This document shows positions 16,631 through 26,868 of a DNA stretch of 64,000 nucleotides, in pieces (the first letter of the stretch is position 1; each line of letters opens with the position of its first letter). The stretch comes from Pseudolabrys sp. GTDB taxonomy: Bacteria > Pseudomonadota > Alphaproteobacteria > Rhizobiales > Xanthobacteraceae. The position numbers and the translations under genes were made by a program. The notes under the pieces were generated by a model. That model saw only the letters and a program-made list of their open reading frames with translations, was not told where the DNA came from and searched no databases. The stretch covers positions 10,997-74,996 of the forward strand of contig JBARNC010000052.1 in NCBI GenBank assembly GCA_049802775.1, read 5' to 3'.

Positions 16631-18432
16631 ATTGCCGGCAAGCGCACCACGAAACGGGCGCCAAGCACGCGTGGCTCCTCTGTGCGACCAGCGACGGTAA
16701 TACGATTCTCAACTCGGATTGTGCCGCCATGCGCTTCGATGATCTGTTTGGAGATCGACAAGCCCAGACCAGAATTTTGCCCGAAGCCCTGTTCCGGCCG
16801 ATCGGTATAGAAGCGCTCAAATATCCTATCGAGCGCTTCTGGTCGGATGCCGGGTCCATCATCATCGACCAGAATCTCTACCTCGCCTTTGAGCCGACGG
16901 CAGGTAATGCGCACGGTTCCACCTGGGGGCGAGAAGGAGCGCGCATTGTCGACCAGATTGCTGACGACCTGGCCAAGTCTGGAGTCGTGCCCAGGGATTT
17001 TGAAATTTGACAGCGCTCCCTCGAAGGTGAGCGTCACGCTGACGTCGTCGGTGCGTATTTCGTTGGCGGCTTTCACAAGGGCGTCAAGCAATTTTGCGAG
17101 GTCGACCGGGGCAGCTTCCTGGCGCTGCAATTCGGCATCGAGTCGGCTGGCGTCAGAGATATCAGAAATCAGGCGGTCGAGCCGCTTAACGTCATGCTCA
17201 ATCACCGCAAGCAAGCGCCGGTGGCTTTGCTCTGTCTTGGCCAACGGCAGCGTTTCCACTGCTGAGCGCAACGAGGTGAGGGGATTGCGCAGTTCGTGCG
17301 CGACATCGGCAGCAAAGCTCTCGATCGCCTCGATGCGTGTGTAGAGCGCATTAGTCATGTCGCGCAGCGCGCCCGATAATTCTCCGATTTCGTCGCGCCG
17401 CCGGGTGAAATCGGGAATTTCGACGCGAGTGCGAATGCGCCGGCGTACGCGTTCGGCCCCGTCGGCGAGACGTCGCACGGGGCCAGCGATAGTGCCGGCA
17501 AGCAGCATGGAGAGTACAACCATTACACCAGCGGCAACCAAGAATACTTTCACAATGGCGAGTCGCTCAGCCTCAACCATGTCGTCGATGTCGGCGCCTT
17601 GCGTCGATAGCATCAGCGCGCCGCGCACAGCGCGAAAACGTTGCACTGGTACCGCCACCGAAACGATTACCTCGCCGCGGTCGTTGACCCGCACCATGCT
17701 GGCGTGCGCGCCATTAAGCGCCTGCGCGACTTCCTGGTAGCCCTTGCCGTTCTCGGGACCGAGCTCGTTGTAGAGTGGAAGGTCACCGCGACCGAACCAG
17801 CGGCGCAAGGCGATAAACGCGCGCTCCATCAGACCGGTTTTTTCCGCGCTTGGCGGCGGAAGGTCGAAGCGCAGCACGTCGCCGCGGCCGTAGAGATTAC
17901 GGCTGTCGAGGATAAGGACACCGTCGCGGTCGTAGATGCGCGCGCGCGTCTTGGTTGGCGAGACGAGGCGGCGCAGCACTGGCGCGACCCGCTCTGGATT
18001 GATCGGAAACTCAATGCCAGAAAGCGATTCATCTGATGGGCCGTAGCTTTCGCCGGCCTGCAATTCCAGGAGCCTTTCCGGATCAATCGTGATGGAATCG
18101 GTTTCGACTGTGGCGGATGCCGCAATCGCGCCGGCGATGATTTCGCTTTGCGTCAGCAAGCTTTGCACACGCGCGTCGATCAGTCCGGCGCGGAATTGCG
18201 AGAGGTAGAGCACGCCGGTGACCAGTGCGACCAGGCCGGCGAGATTGAGGAATACAATGCGGCGGGTGAGGCTCGAGAAGCTCTGCGAGACGAAGAGTTG
18301 CCAGACCGAGCGCGCGACGCGCCGCACAGTGCCATCTTGCTTGGGCTCGGGGCGCGGCGTCTCCTCGCCGGGCCGTTCGGCGTCGGCTTTCTGCGCCATG
18401 ATTTCCGCAGTTCGATCGAGCACGTCGTCCAA
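16627..18432 (-). CDS. chvG: Sensor histidine kinase ChvG/ExoS/BvrS type
   Basis: ORF of 601 aa with two TM segments flanking a periplasmic domain, HAMP, H-box AHELRNPLTSL and N/G boxes. The TTG start at 18432 is tentative; ATG 18399 is an alternative. Confidence 0.9.
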   Translation of the reverse strand: MDDVLDRTAEIMAQKADAERPGEETPRPEPKQDGTVRRVARSVWQLFVSQSFSSLTRRIVFLNLAGLVALVTGVLYLSQFRAGLIDARVQSLLTQSEIIAGAIAASATVETDSITIDPERLLELQAGESYGPSDESLSGIEFPINPERVAPVLRRLVSPTKTRARIYDRDGVLILDSRNLYGRGDVLRFDLPPPSAEKTGLMERAFIALRRWFGRGDLPLYNELGPENGKGYQEVAQALNGAHASMVRVNDRGEVIVSVAVPVQRFRAVRGALMLSTQGADIDDMVEAERLAIVKVFLVAAGVMVVLSMLLAGTIAGPVRRLADGAERVRRRIRTRVEIPDFTRRRDEIGELSGALRDMTNALYTRIEAIESFAADVAHELRNPLTSLRSAVETLPLAKTEQSHRRLLAVIEHDVKRLDRLISDISDASRLDAELQRQEAAPVDLAKLLDALVKAANEIRTDDVSVTLTFEGALSNFKIPGHDSRLGQVVSNLVDNARSFSPPGGTVRITCRRLKGEVEILVDDDGPGIRPEALDRIFERFYTDRPEQGFGQNSGLGLSISKQIIEAHGGTIRVENRITVAGRTEEPRVLGARFVVRLPAM

Positions 18433-18465
18433 TCCAGCCGGGTTGACCGTGGGCCATTTTACCGG

Positions 18466-18512
18466 CGCATGATCTTTTCCGAAAACCGGTGCCCACTTTT
18501 CGGGATCATGCG
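18466..18512. repeat. Copy 1 of a ~47-nt imperfect palindromic (REP/MITE-like) element
   Basis: Sequence CGCATGATCTTTTCCGAAAACCGGTGCCCACTTTTCGGGATCATGCG. Its reverse complement matches 55465..55510 with 2 mismatches. It is flanked by the 10-nt direct repeat CATTTTACCG at 18455..18464 and 18527..18536. Confidence 0.8.
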
Positions 18513-18590
18513 CGATTTGACCCCATCATTTTACCGCAAGCCGGGACGTTCCGTCAGGCCACTCAGGTGGGCCGCAACATTAACAATTCG

Positions 18591-19289
18591 TCATTCCTTA
18601 AAGCGATAGCCGACGCCGTAGAGCGTCTCGATCATCTCAAAATCGTCGTCGACCAATTTGAATTTCTTGCGCAGCCGCTTGATGTGGCTGTCGATAGTAC
18701 GGTCGTCCACATAGACCTGGTCATCGTAGGCAGCGTCCATCAGTGCATTGCGGCTTTTGACAACACCGGGGCGCGTGGCGAGCGCTTGCAGGATGAGGAA
18801 TTCGGTAACCGTGAGGGTGACCGGCTCATTCTTCCAGGTGCAAGTATGCCGTTCCGGATCCATGCGCAGCAGGCCGCGCTCGAGCACCTTGGCGGAATCG
18901 GGTTCCTTGGGCGTCAGTCCATCTTTCGGGCTGGCGCGGCGCAGCACGGCCTTTACGCGTTCGACCAGGAGCCGTTGCGAAAACGGTTTTCGAATGAAGT
19001 CGTCGGCGCCCATTTTGAGGCCGAACATTTCATCGATCTCCTCGTCCTTAGAGGTGAGGAAGATCACGGGAATGTCGCTTTTCTGGCGCAGTCGTCTTAG
19101 CGTTTCCATGCCATCCATGCGCGGCATCTTGATGTCGAGGATGGCAAGATCTGGTGGCGACGTTTTGAACCCATCTAGCGCTGAGGCGCCGTCGGTATAC
19201 GTCATGATGCGATAGCCCTCAGCTTCGAGAGCCATCGACACGGAGGTCAAGATATTGCGGTCGTCGTCGACGAGAGCGATTGTCGGCAT
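18591..19289 (-). CDS. chvI: OmpR-family response regulator ChvI/BvrR type
   Basis: The start was reset to ATG 19289 ([17 protein letters not shown]...). Receiver Asp is in LAILDIKMP, and the C-terminal winged helix ends YGVGYRF. Confidence 0.92.
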   Translation of the reverse strand: MPTIALVDDDRNILTSVSMALEAEGYRIMTYTDGASALDGFKTSPPDLAILDIKMPRMDGMETLRRLRQKSDIPVIFLTSKDEEIDEMFGLKMGADDFIRKPFSQRLLVERVKAVLRRASPKDGLTPKEPDSAKVLERGLLRMDPERHTCTWKNEPVTLTVTEFLILQALATRPGVVKSRNALMDAAYDDQVYVDDRTIDSHIKRLRKKFKLVDDDFEMIETLYGVGYRFKE

Positions 19290-19434
19290 GAGCCCCTCTT
19301 GCGTGACGTCCCGCGGTTTTGAACCCCATAAACAGGGTCTGAAATGTGGCCTCTTTGCAACAACTATGTGATTCGGCAGCGATTTCAAGCCCAAGGGCCA
19401 AAAACTCACGGTACACAATCAGCATCGTTAATGT

Positions 19435-20172
19435 ATGAGTCGCCAGCAAATGAAGCCCGATAATGCCTTTGATGCCCGCTTGGCCGCCAAGAAATTGTTG
19501 CGCGAAGGCCGTTCAGGCGCGTTGGCGACCCTGATGCCGGGTTCGGGCGACCCCTATTGCTCGCTCGTCAACGTTGCAACGGCAGCCGATGGTGCGCCCC
19601 TCTTCCTGCTGTCGAAATTGGCGTTGCATACGAAGAACATCCTATCGGATGGGCGTGTCTCGCTGATGCTGGACGAGCGCAAGGAGGGCGATCCGCTCGA
19701 AGGCGCGCGCGTCATGCTAATGGGCACGTGCGTGAAGAATTCCGACCCCGCGGCTTCGAACTCTTATCTACGCCGCCATCCGGATGCAGAAATGTTCGCG
19801 AACTTTGCCGATTTCGCGTTCTACCGGATGGCGATCGCGCGCGCGCATCTCGTCGCCGGTTTCGGGCGCATTGTGGACCTTGGTCCGCACGACATTCTTA
19901 CGGATGTCTCCGACTCCCAAGGCCTGATCGAAGCTGAGGTGGACGCGATTACACACATAAACTCGGACCACGCCGATGCTTGCCGGCTCTATGCCACCAA
20001 ACTGCTCGGCGCGCCGGATGGCGAATGGCGTTGTGTCGGCATCGACCCGGAGGGCCTCGAATTGCAGCAGGGGCGGACGGCGCTGCGGTTGCCGTTCTCG
20101 CAGCGGGTCACCGGGCCCGGCCCGCTGCGCGCCGCACTCAAGCAGTTGGCTGACGAGGCAAGGGCAAAATGA
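19435..20172 (+). CDS. HugZ/PNPOx-like protein with a DUF2470-type C-terminal domain (haem-utilisation-related family)
   Basis: ORF of 245 aa with an N-terminal split-barrel-type sequence (GALATLMPGSGDPYCSLVNVA..., RVSLMLDE). The family call is by eye. Confidence 0.7.
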   Translation: MSRQQMKPDNAFDARLAAKKLLREGRSGALATLMPGSGDPYCSLVNVATAADGAPLFLLSKLALHTKNILSDGRVSLMLDERKEGDPLEGARVMLMGTCVKNSDPAASNSYLRRHPDAEMFANFADFAFYRMAIARAHLVAGFGRIVDLGPHDILTDVSDSQGLIEAEVDAITHINSDHADACRLYATKLLGAPDGEWRCVGIDPEGLELQQGRTALRLPFSQRVTGPGPLRAALKQLADEARAK

Positions 20173-20423
20173 ATTGGTTACGGGACAACTCATGCCCGCT
20201 TGATGAATTAGCCATCAAACACAGGCCGTGAGCGTTAACTTATTGATGCAGCGCAATGTCAACTGGCAGCCTTGCATGGCATTTGTCCTTGGTATTTTAA
20301 GGCCGATGGTGCATATGCTCGCGCGCTTTGAAACGAGGGGCTATACTAAGTTTGATAGCCGCATAGGGCCTAACGGCCCGCAAGCTTTGGCTGGAAGCGG
20401 CCCGCCTGTCGGGAGGAATTTGC

Positions 20424-22043
20424 GTGCAAGAGCAGGGTGTACGGAACGGCGCCTTTGGCACCGATAAATTCGGCTTCAAAAATCTGGCTGAGGTGCGCTG
20501 GAACCTGACCGAACCCGCGCTCTATGAGTATGCCATCTCAGTGGGGGAAGCTTCGCTGGTCGCCGGTGGCGCACTGTGTGCCGAGACCGGCCACCACACT
20601 GGTCGCAGCCCGAAGGATAAGCATACCGTCATCGACGCCCTCACCGAGAATTCGGTGTGGTGGGACGGCAATCGCAAAATGTCGAAGGAGAACTTCGACA
20701 ACTTGCTCACCGATTTTCTCAAGCATGTCGAAGGCAAAAAACTTTTTGCGCAGGATCTCTACGGCGGCGCCGACCCGAAATACCAGATCAAGACCCGCGT
20801 CTTCACCGAACTGGCCTGGCATTCGCTGTTTATCCGCCAATTGCTGATCCGTCCCGAGCGCGCTGATCTCGCGAAGTTTATCCCCAAACTCACCATCGTC
20901 GATCTGCCTTCATTCACGCCTGACGCGAAGCGCCACGGCGGCCGCGAAGGCTCCGATACGATGGTCGCCATCGATTTCACCCGCAAGATCGTGCTAATTT
21001 GCGGTTCGTCCTACGCCGGCGAGATGAAGAAGTCGGTGTTCACCACGCTTAACTTCTATCTGCCGGCGGAGAATGTCGTGCCGATGCACTGCTCGGCCAA
21101 TGTCGGGCCGAACGGCGATAGCGCGCTCTTCTTCGGCCTCTCCGGTACCGGCAAGACTACCCTGTCTGCCGACCCACATCGCACCTTGCTTGGCGACGAT
21201 GAACATGGCTGGGGCCCGGACGGCATCTTCAATTTTGAGGGCGGCTGCTACGCCAAGACCATCAAGCTCTCGCGCGAAGCTGAGCCGCAGATCTGGAATG
21301 CCACGAACCGCTTCGGCGCGGTGCTGGAGAACGTGGTGTTCGATCCCGAAACGCGCGTTCCCGATTACGATAATGATTCAAAAACCGAGAACACCCGCTC
21401 GGCCTATCCGCTCGATTTCATCCCGAACGCCTCGCGCAGTGGCCGCGCCGGCCATCCGAAGAACATTATTTTCCTCACTGCAGATGCTTACGGCGTGATG
21501 CCGCCGATCGCCAAGCTGACGCCAACGCAAGCGATGTATCACTTCCTCTCGGGTTACACGGCAAAGGTGGCTGGCACTGAGAAGGGGTTGATCGGCGTAC
21601 AGCCCGAATTCTCCACCTGTTTCGGCGCGCCGTTCCTGCCGCGCCATCCGTCCGTTTATGCCGACCTGCTGCGCGACTACATCAGCAGGCACAAGGTCGA
21701 TTGCTGGCTCGTCAATTCCGGTTGGACCGGCGGCAAATACGGCGAGGGCCGCCGCATGCCGATCAAAGCGACGCGCCGACTGCTCACCGCTGCGCTTGAT
21801 GGCTCCCTGAAGGACGCCGACTTCCGTACTGATCCCTATTTCGGCTTCTCGGTGCCGACCTCGGTGCAGGGTGTCGAGCCGCATCTGCTCAACCCATTCA
21901 AGACCTGGAAGGACAAGACCGCGTTTGACAAGACCGCGCGCGATCTGGTCGGTATGTTTCAGAAGAACTTCGCCAAGTTCGAGCAACACGTCACGCCGGA
22001 CGTCAAAGCGGCGGCGCCGGAAGTGCGCGTCGCGGCTGAGTAA
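20424..22043 (+). CDS. pckA: Phosphoenolpyruvate carboxykinase (ATP)
   Basis: GTG start, 539 aa, kinase-1a [11 protein letters not shown], with typical PckA blocks throughout. Confidence 0.95.
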   Translation: MQEQGVRNGAFGTDKFGFKNLAEVRWNLTEPALYEYAISVGEASLVAGGALCAETGHHTGRSPKDKHTVIDALTENSVWWDGNRKMSKENFDNLLTDFLKHVEGKKLFAQDLYGGADPKYQIKTRVFTELAWHSLFIRQLLIRPERADLAKFIPKLTIVDLPSFTPDAKRHGGREGSDTMVAIDFTRKIVLICGSSYAGEMKKSVFTTLNFYLPAENVVPMHCSANVGPNGDSALFFGLSGTGKTTLSADPHRTLLGDDEHGWGPDGIFNFEGGCYAKTIKLSREAEPQIWNATNRFGAVLENVVFDPETRVPDYDNDSKTENTRSAYPLDFIPNASRSGRAGHPKNIIFLTADAYGVMPPIAKLTPTQAMYHFLSGYTAKVAGTEKGLIGVQPEFSTCFGAPFLPRHPSVYADLLRDYISRHKVDCWLVNSGWTGGKYGEGRRMPIKATRRLLTAALDGSLKDADFRTDPYFGFSVPTSVQGVEPHLLNPFKTWKDKTAFDKTARDLVGMFQKNFAKFEQHVTPDVKAAAPEVRVAAE

Positions 22044-22125
22044 TCTTTATTTTATCTCACCGGCCTGCGTATTGTTCTTTACGCGTGGGCAAACTATTGC
22101 GCAGCTGTGGCTTAAACTGCACGTC

Positions 22126-23247
22126 TTAGATTTCGCACCAATTCTGTACTAACCGAGAATAAATTTCAGTTGCCTGTTCAATCCGTGACACGAAACAATA
22201 TTCATCCGTTTGATGAGCCAATGCCAGTTCACCGGGACCAATGATCGCGGTTGGCGGCGAACCAAGCGCAGGAGTCAAGACCGAGGCATCAGTAAAATAT
22301 GGTGCCGCTGCAATCCCGTCGGCGATACCGGTAATTTCGCCTGTGATACGAAATACGTCAGCGATCCACCGATCATTTGGGTAGGTCCAAACGCTTTGCG
22401 CATCGAGAAGCGGGCTGAGCACAACCTCGTCTCCGAGATAGCTTGTTAACTGATGACGGATCTTTGCGTGGTCCTGTCCCGGTATCGTGCGGATGTCGAT
22501 ACCAATGACTGCGCGGTCAGGCACCGAATTGATGTTTAACCCGCCGTTGATGGTGCCGACGTTGAGCGTCGGGGCGCCGAGAACGTCGTGCCGCGCGAAA
22601 TTGAAATCGAAATCCTGCAGGGCGGTGACTGCGCGCGCTGCCTTGTAAACCGCATTGACGCCTTTCTCGGGCATCGAACCGTGTGCGGTGACCCCCGTTA
22701 TCACGGCCTCGAGCCATAGCGCGCCCTTGTGGCCAACGAGCAGTCGGTTGCCCGTTGGTTCCGCGACGACGAGTGCGCCGACCTGCGGAAGACGTGTTTT
22801 ACCGCGAACCAGCGCATCGGCTCCGGAGCAGCCCGTCTCTTCGCTTGCTGTGATAATCAGCACAACTCCGGGCGTACTCGCCAATCTGTCTGCCAGCGCA
22901 ATACCAACTGCAACGAAGGCAGCGACGCCGCTTTTCATGTCGGACGAACCGCGGCCATAGAGCTTGCCGTCCACAATTTCTGCGGCCAACGGGTCGATAG
23001 ACCAGGACCGCGCGCCAAGCGGTACGGTATCGAGATGCCCGGTAAATCCGATCGGCAATTTTCCGGGTGTGCCGCCGATACGTGCGATCACCTGTGCCCG
23101 CCCTTCGCCAAATGGAACGAGATCGACGGCGTACCCAGCACCTTCGAGCAAGGAAGCGAGCCGCTCGGCGCAAGCACGCTCGGCGCCAGGTGGGTTGATC
23201 GTATTGAACCGGACGAGGTCTTGCGTCAGTTCGACTGAAGACTGCAT
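22126..23247 (-). CDS. M20-family metallo-deacylase (ArgE/DapE-like)
   Basis: ORF of 373 aa with motifs GHLDTVP and GRGSSDMKSG. It starts 3 nt after the livF-like stop. Confidence 0.85.
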   Translation of the reverse strand: MQSSVELTQDLVRFNTINPPGAERACAERLASLLEGAGYAVDLVPFGEGRAQVIARIGGTPGKLPIGFTGHLDTVPLGARSWSIDPLAAEIVDGKLYGRGSSDMKSGVAAFVAVGIALADRLASTPGVVLIITASEETGCSGADALVRGKTRLPQVGALVVAEPTGNRLLVGHKGALWLEAVITGVTAHGSMPEKGVNAVYKAARAVTALQDFDFNFARHDVLGAPTLNVGTINGGLNINSVPDRAVIGIDIRTIPGQDHAKIRHQLTSYLGDEVVLSPLLDAQSVWTYPNDRWIADVFRITGEITGIADGIAAAPYFTDASVLTPALGSPPTAIIGPGELALAHQTDEYCFVSRIEQATEIYSRLVQNWCEI

Positions 23248-23250
23248 GGC

Positions 23251-23964
23251 TTATCCAAAGTAGGCATCCCGTACGTCCTCACGGGCTGCTAGTTCTGCCG
23301 GTGTGCCACTCGCCACCACACGTCCTTTCGATAACACGAAGCCGTAGTGCGAAATCGCAAGCGTCTGGTGCACGTTCTGCTCGACTAGGAGCACGGTGAT
23401 GCCACGCTCGTTGATGCTACGGATGATGTTGAAGTTTTCCTTCACCAGGCGCGGCGACAGGCCGAGCGATGGTTCGTCGATCAGGAGCAGCTTGGGCGCG
23501 CACATCAGGCCACGGCCAATCGACACCATCGCTTGCTCTCCACCGGACATAGTGCCGGCAAGCTGCGTGCGTCGTTCGGCCAGCCGTGGGAAAATGTGCA
23601 GGATTTCGGCAAGACGCGCTGAACTGATCTTGTCAGAGCTCTCCTGATAGGCGCCGGCCCGCAAGTTCTCCTCGACCGTGAGTTTGGGAAACACTTTGCG
23701 GCCCTCAGGAATGCAAGCAATGCCGACGGCGATGATCTTGTGCGTTGGCAGCTGCGTAATGTCCGAGCCGTCGAACAGGATGCGGCCGGCACGTGGGGGC
23801 GTCAATCCGAGGATTGAACGCACCAGAGTCGTCTTGCCTGAGCCGTTAGACCCAAGCAAACAGGTGATGCGGCCGGCCTCGACCTTGAGCGAGACACCCT
23901 GCAACACGTCGGCTTTGTCGTAAGCCGTAAAAACGTCCTCGATTTCAAGAGTGGCGCTCATCAT
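23251..23964 (-). CDS. livF: Branched-chain amino acid-type ABC transporter ATP-binding protein
   Basis: The start was reset to ATG 23964, a 4-nt overlap with the livG stop. Walker A GSNGSGKTT, signature MSGGEQ. Confidence 0.88.
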   Translation of the reverse strand: MMSATLEIEDVFTAYDKADVLQGVSLKVEAGRITCLLGSNGSGKTTLVRSILGLTPPRAGRILFDGSDITQLPTHKIIAVGIACIPEGRKVFPKLTVEENLRAGAYQESSDKISSARLAEILHIFPRLAERRTQLAGTMSGGEQAMVSIGRGLMCAPKLLLIDEPSLGLSPRLVKENFNIIRSINERGITVLLVEQNVHQTLAISHYGFVLSKGRVVASGTPAELAAREDVRDAYFG

Positions 23965-24743
23965 GCCACTCCGAGATAGGCCTCTTGCACCTGCGAATCG
24001 GCGGCAACCGTTCGGTAGGGGCCTTCGGCGATCTTGCGGCCGAAATTGAGCACCACGCAACGATCGGTAATGCGTTCGATCACGCCCATCTCGTGCTCGA
24101 CGATGATGATGGTGAGGTTCTCGTTGCGCCCGCGCACCAGCAGGATGTCATTCATCAGTTCCGCCGTCTCTTCGTGCGTCATGCCGGCCGAGGGCTCGTC
24201 AAGCAGCAACAGCTTGGGCGCGCTGATCAGCGCGCGGCAGATCTCGATGCGACGGCGATCGATCATAGGCAAGCCGGCGACCGGCTCGAACAGGCGATCC
24301 GCCAGTGCAGGTTCGAACACTTCGACCAGCGCGCGCGCGGCCGCATAGTTCTCCTCGAACTCACGCTTGAAATCGCTACGCCTCACCAGATTGAACAATA
24401 GCCCCTGATTGAGGCGCTTATGGTTGCCAATCATGATGTTGTCGAAGATTGAAAGGGGCAGAGAGAGGCGCGAGCGCTGAAAAGTGCGCGACATCCCGGC
24501 TTGATAGACTGCCCGGCCGCTTGCATTTGTGACATCGGCGCCGTCGAAGGTGACTCGCCCTGCATCGGCGCCATAGATACCGGTGATGACGTTGAAAAAC
24601 GTGGTCTTGCCGGAGCCATTCGGGCCGATCAGGCCAAGGATCTCGTTCGGAGCTACCGCCAGATCAAGCCCATCGAGTGCTAGCACACCACCGAAATGCT
24701 TGGAGAGGCCGCGAGCTTCAAGCAACGCGGTCATGGCCGCCAT
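23961..24743 (-). CDS. livG: Branched-chain amino acid-type ABC transporter ATP-binding protein
   Basis: ORF of 260 aa: Walker A GPNGSGKTT and the LivG-type insertion. Confidence 0.9.
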   Translation of the reverse strand: MAAMTALLEARGLSKHFGGVLALDGLDLAVAPNEILGLIGPNGSGKTTFFNVITGIYGADAGRVTFDGADVTNASGRAVYQAGMSRTFQRSRLSLPLSIFDNIMIGNHKRLNQGLLFNLVRRSDFKREFEENYAAARALVEVFEPALADRLFEPVAGLPMIDRRRIEICRALISAPKLLLLDEPSAGMTHEETAELMNDILLVRGRNENLTIIIVEHEMGVIERITDRCVVLNFGRKIAEGPYRTVAADSQVQEAYLGVA

Positions 24744-25885
24744 CCCGGAAAATAGCGGCGCACCGGCCGCGGCAGCAGTCCTTCCGGCCGGAACAGCAGC
24801 ACCGCGATCACCATCAGCGCGTAGAGCAGGAACCGGTATTCCTGGATGGTCTGCAATTTCTCAGGCACAACCACGACGATGATAGTGGCGACCACCAGAC
24901 CCCATGAGTTGCCAATGCCGCCAAGTAACAGGATCGAAACGAGAATAAGTGAATCGGCGAAGGTGTAGTTATTGGGCGCTACGAACCCGCCGACCATGCC
25001 GAAAAGCGCGCCGGCGATTCCGATGATAAAATTGCCGATTAGGAAGGCTGTGATCTTCCAGCGCACGATATCGAGGCCGAAGCAGTTCGCGGCCGTTTCG
25101 TCGAGCCGCAAGGCATCAAGATTAAGTCCGATCCAGGAGCGCTCAAGCCGCCGTACCAAAACGAAAGCACCAACGAGCAGCAGCAGACTAATTACGAAAT
25201 AGTTCATGTAAAAGGACAACGAAATGCTACCGATTTTGATATTTTCATTGAACGACCAGCCGAGAATGTTCATACCCTTCACTTGCATGCCCTGGGGCCC
25301 GCCAAGCACATCATTGACCTCGAGAAAGGTCTTGAACAGCAGCGCGAATGCTATGGTCACCACGGCGGCATAGTGTCCCCGCGTGCGCAGCACCGGCAGC
25401 AACAACAGCGAACCGGCAAGCGCCGCGAGCAAGCCCCCGATCAGCAGTACGAGCAAATGCGGCAGTGAGGTCTGCGCATTCAGGACGGCGGAGGTATACG
25501 CACCGATACCGAAGAACGAGGCGCCGGCGAAATTAAGGACGCCGGCATAGCCGAACTGAACGTTGAGTCCGAGCGTCGCTACCGAGTAGAGCAGCGCGGT
25601 AATCACCAGCAGCAGCACGAAATGGTCTTCGTGGAAAAATGCTGCGACAGCGAGTGCGGCGATGATCGCGCAGCCACCCAGCGCATCCTCGTGATCGGCG
25701 AAGGAGGCGCTCACGCTCTCAAGTAGCCCAAACCACGTCGCGCCGATCACAACAGCAATGCCGGCCACTAGCAATGCGATGATCAAGGTCTGCTGTTCAG
25801 CAGCCAGCAGCGCAATCAGATAAACGGTGGCAATCGCGAGCGCGATCACACTAGGCCAGGCCGACATATGCGCTTTCTGCGCCAT
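24731..25885 (-). CDS. livM: Branched-chain amino acid-type ABC transporter permease
   Basis: The start was reset to ATG 25885 (MAQKAHMSAW...), 4 nt after the livH stop. Polytopic. The track ORF extends to 26101. Confidence 0.85.
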   Translation of the reverse strand: MAQKAHMSAWPSVIALAIATVYLIALLAAEQQTLIIALLVAGIAVVIGATWFGLLESVSASFADHEDALGGCAIIAALAVAAFFHEDHFVLLLVITALLYSVATLGLNVQFGYAGVLNFAGASFFGIGAYTSAVLNAQTSLPHLLVLLIGGLLAALAGSLLLLPVLRTRGHYAAVVTIAFALLFKTFLEVNDVLGGPQGMQVKGMNILGWSFNENIKIGSISLSFYMNYFVISLLLLVGAFVLVRRLERSWIGLNLDALRLDETAANCFGLDIVRWKITAFLIGNFIIGIAGALFGMVGGFVAPNNYTFADSLILVSILLLGGIGNSWGLVVATIIVVVVPEKLQTIQEYRFLLYALMVIAVLLFRPEGLLPRPVRRYFPGWRP

Positions 25886-25889
25886 GGTC

Positions 25890-26810
25890 CTAGACCCGCT
25901 CACTAATCTTTTCCCGGATGAGTCCAGTCGGCCGCCAGGCCATGATGGCGATGACGACGGCGAATGCGAACACATCTTTATATGCACTGGCGAACGGCAG
26001 CAGCACCGTCCCGATGGTCTGCAGCCCGGCGAACAGGAAGCCGCCCAGGATCGCCCCATAGATGCTGCCAAGGCCGCCGATGATGGCGGCAGAAAAGCCA
26101 ATTACGCCGAGATAAAGGCCAATGCCGAAATTGATTTCATTGTAGTAGAGCCCGTTCATCACGCCGGCAAAAGCAGCCAGCCCCGAGCCGATGGCAAAGG
26201 TAATCAGAACGATAGCAGTGAAATTGATCCCCATGGTGCGCGCGGTTTCCTCGTCCTGCGCGACGGCGCGGATCGCAAGGCCGAGCTTTGTGCGGTTGAG
26301 CACGTATTGAAGACCCAAGATCACTAAAATACCGGCAGTGAGCATCAGCACGTTGTCGAGCCGCAGATTAAAGGCACCGAGGTCAACCGAACTGCGCGGC
26401 AGCAGTGCCGGAAATGGTTTCGGATTGGCACCCTGCGGGTAGAACAGCCGCACGGATTCGCGCAGTACTGTGCCGAGCATCAGTGTGATTAACAACGTGT
26501 TTAGCGCCGGCGCCGAGCGCAAAGGCATCACGAGATAGCGTGCGATCGCCATGCCGAGAAGCGCCATAGCAAACGTTGCCAATACGAGCATGATGACAAG
26601 GTCGAACCAGTTGGAATTGACGCCGATCGCGTGCAGGCTGCCATAGGCTGCCAACGCGGTGAAGGCCCCTACCGTGAGCACGTCGCCATGCGAGAACTTG
26701 ATGACGTCGAGCACGCCGAAAAACAACGTGAAGCCGACCGCCACCAGCGCATACATCATGCCGAGCATCAGCCCGTTCATGACGTATTGAGCGAGCAAGC
26801 CTGCGTCCAT
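25890..26810 (-). CDS. livH: Branched-chain amino acid-type ABC transporter permease
   Basis: ORF of 306 aa, polytopic, with a LivH-type N-terminus MNGLMLGMMYALVAVGFTL. Confidence 0.9.
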   Translation of the reverse strand: MDAGLLAQYVMNGLMLGMMYALVAVGFTLFFGVLDVIKFSHGDVLTVGAFTALAAYGSLHAIGVNSNWFDLVIMLVLATFAMALLGMAIARYLVMPLRSAPALNTLLITLMLGTVLRESVRLFYPQGANPKPFPALLPRSSVDLGAFNLRLDNVLMLTAGILVILGLQYVLNRTKLGLAIRAVAQDEETARTMGINFTAIVLITFAIGSGLAAFAGVMNGLYYNEINFGIGLYLGVIGFSAAIIGGLGSIYGAILGGFLFAGLQTIGTVLLPFASAYKDVFAFAVVIAIMAWRPTGLIREKISERV

Positions 26811-26868
26811 GTCCGAGGTCTTGAAAAGAAAGCAAAACCGCGTGTAACGCGGTTCCGCTTATGTAAGA

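Noticed and set aside
20228-20467. 79-aa ORF in the pckA upstream region
   Set aside because: It overlaps the pckA start, has no SD and an odd composition. The region is more plausibly the pckA promoter and leader.
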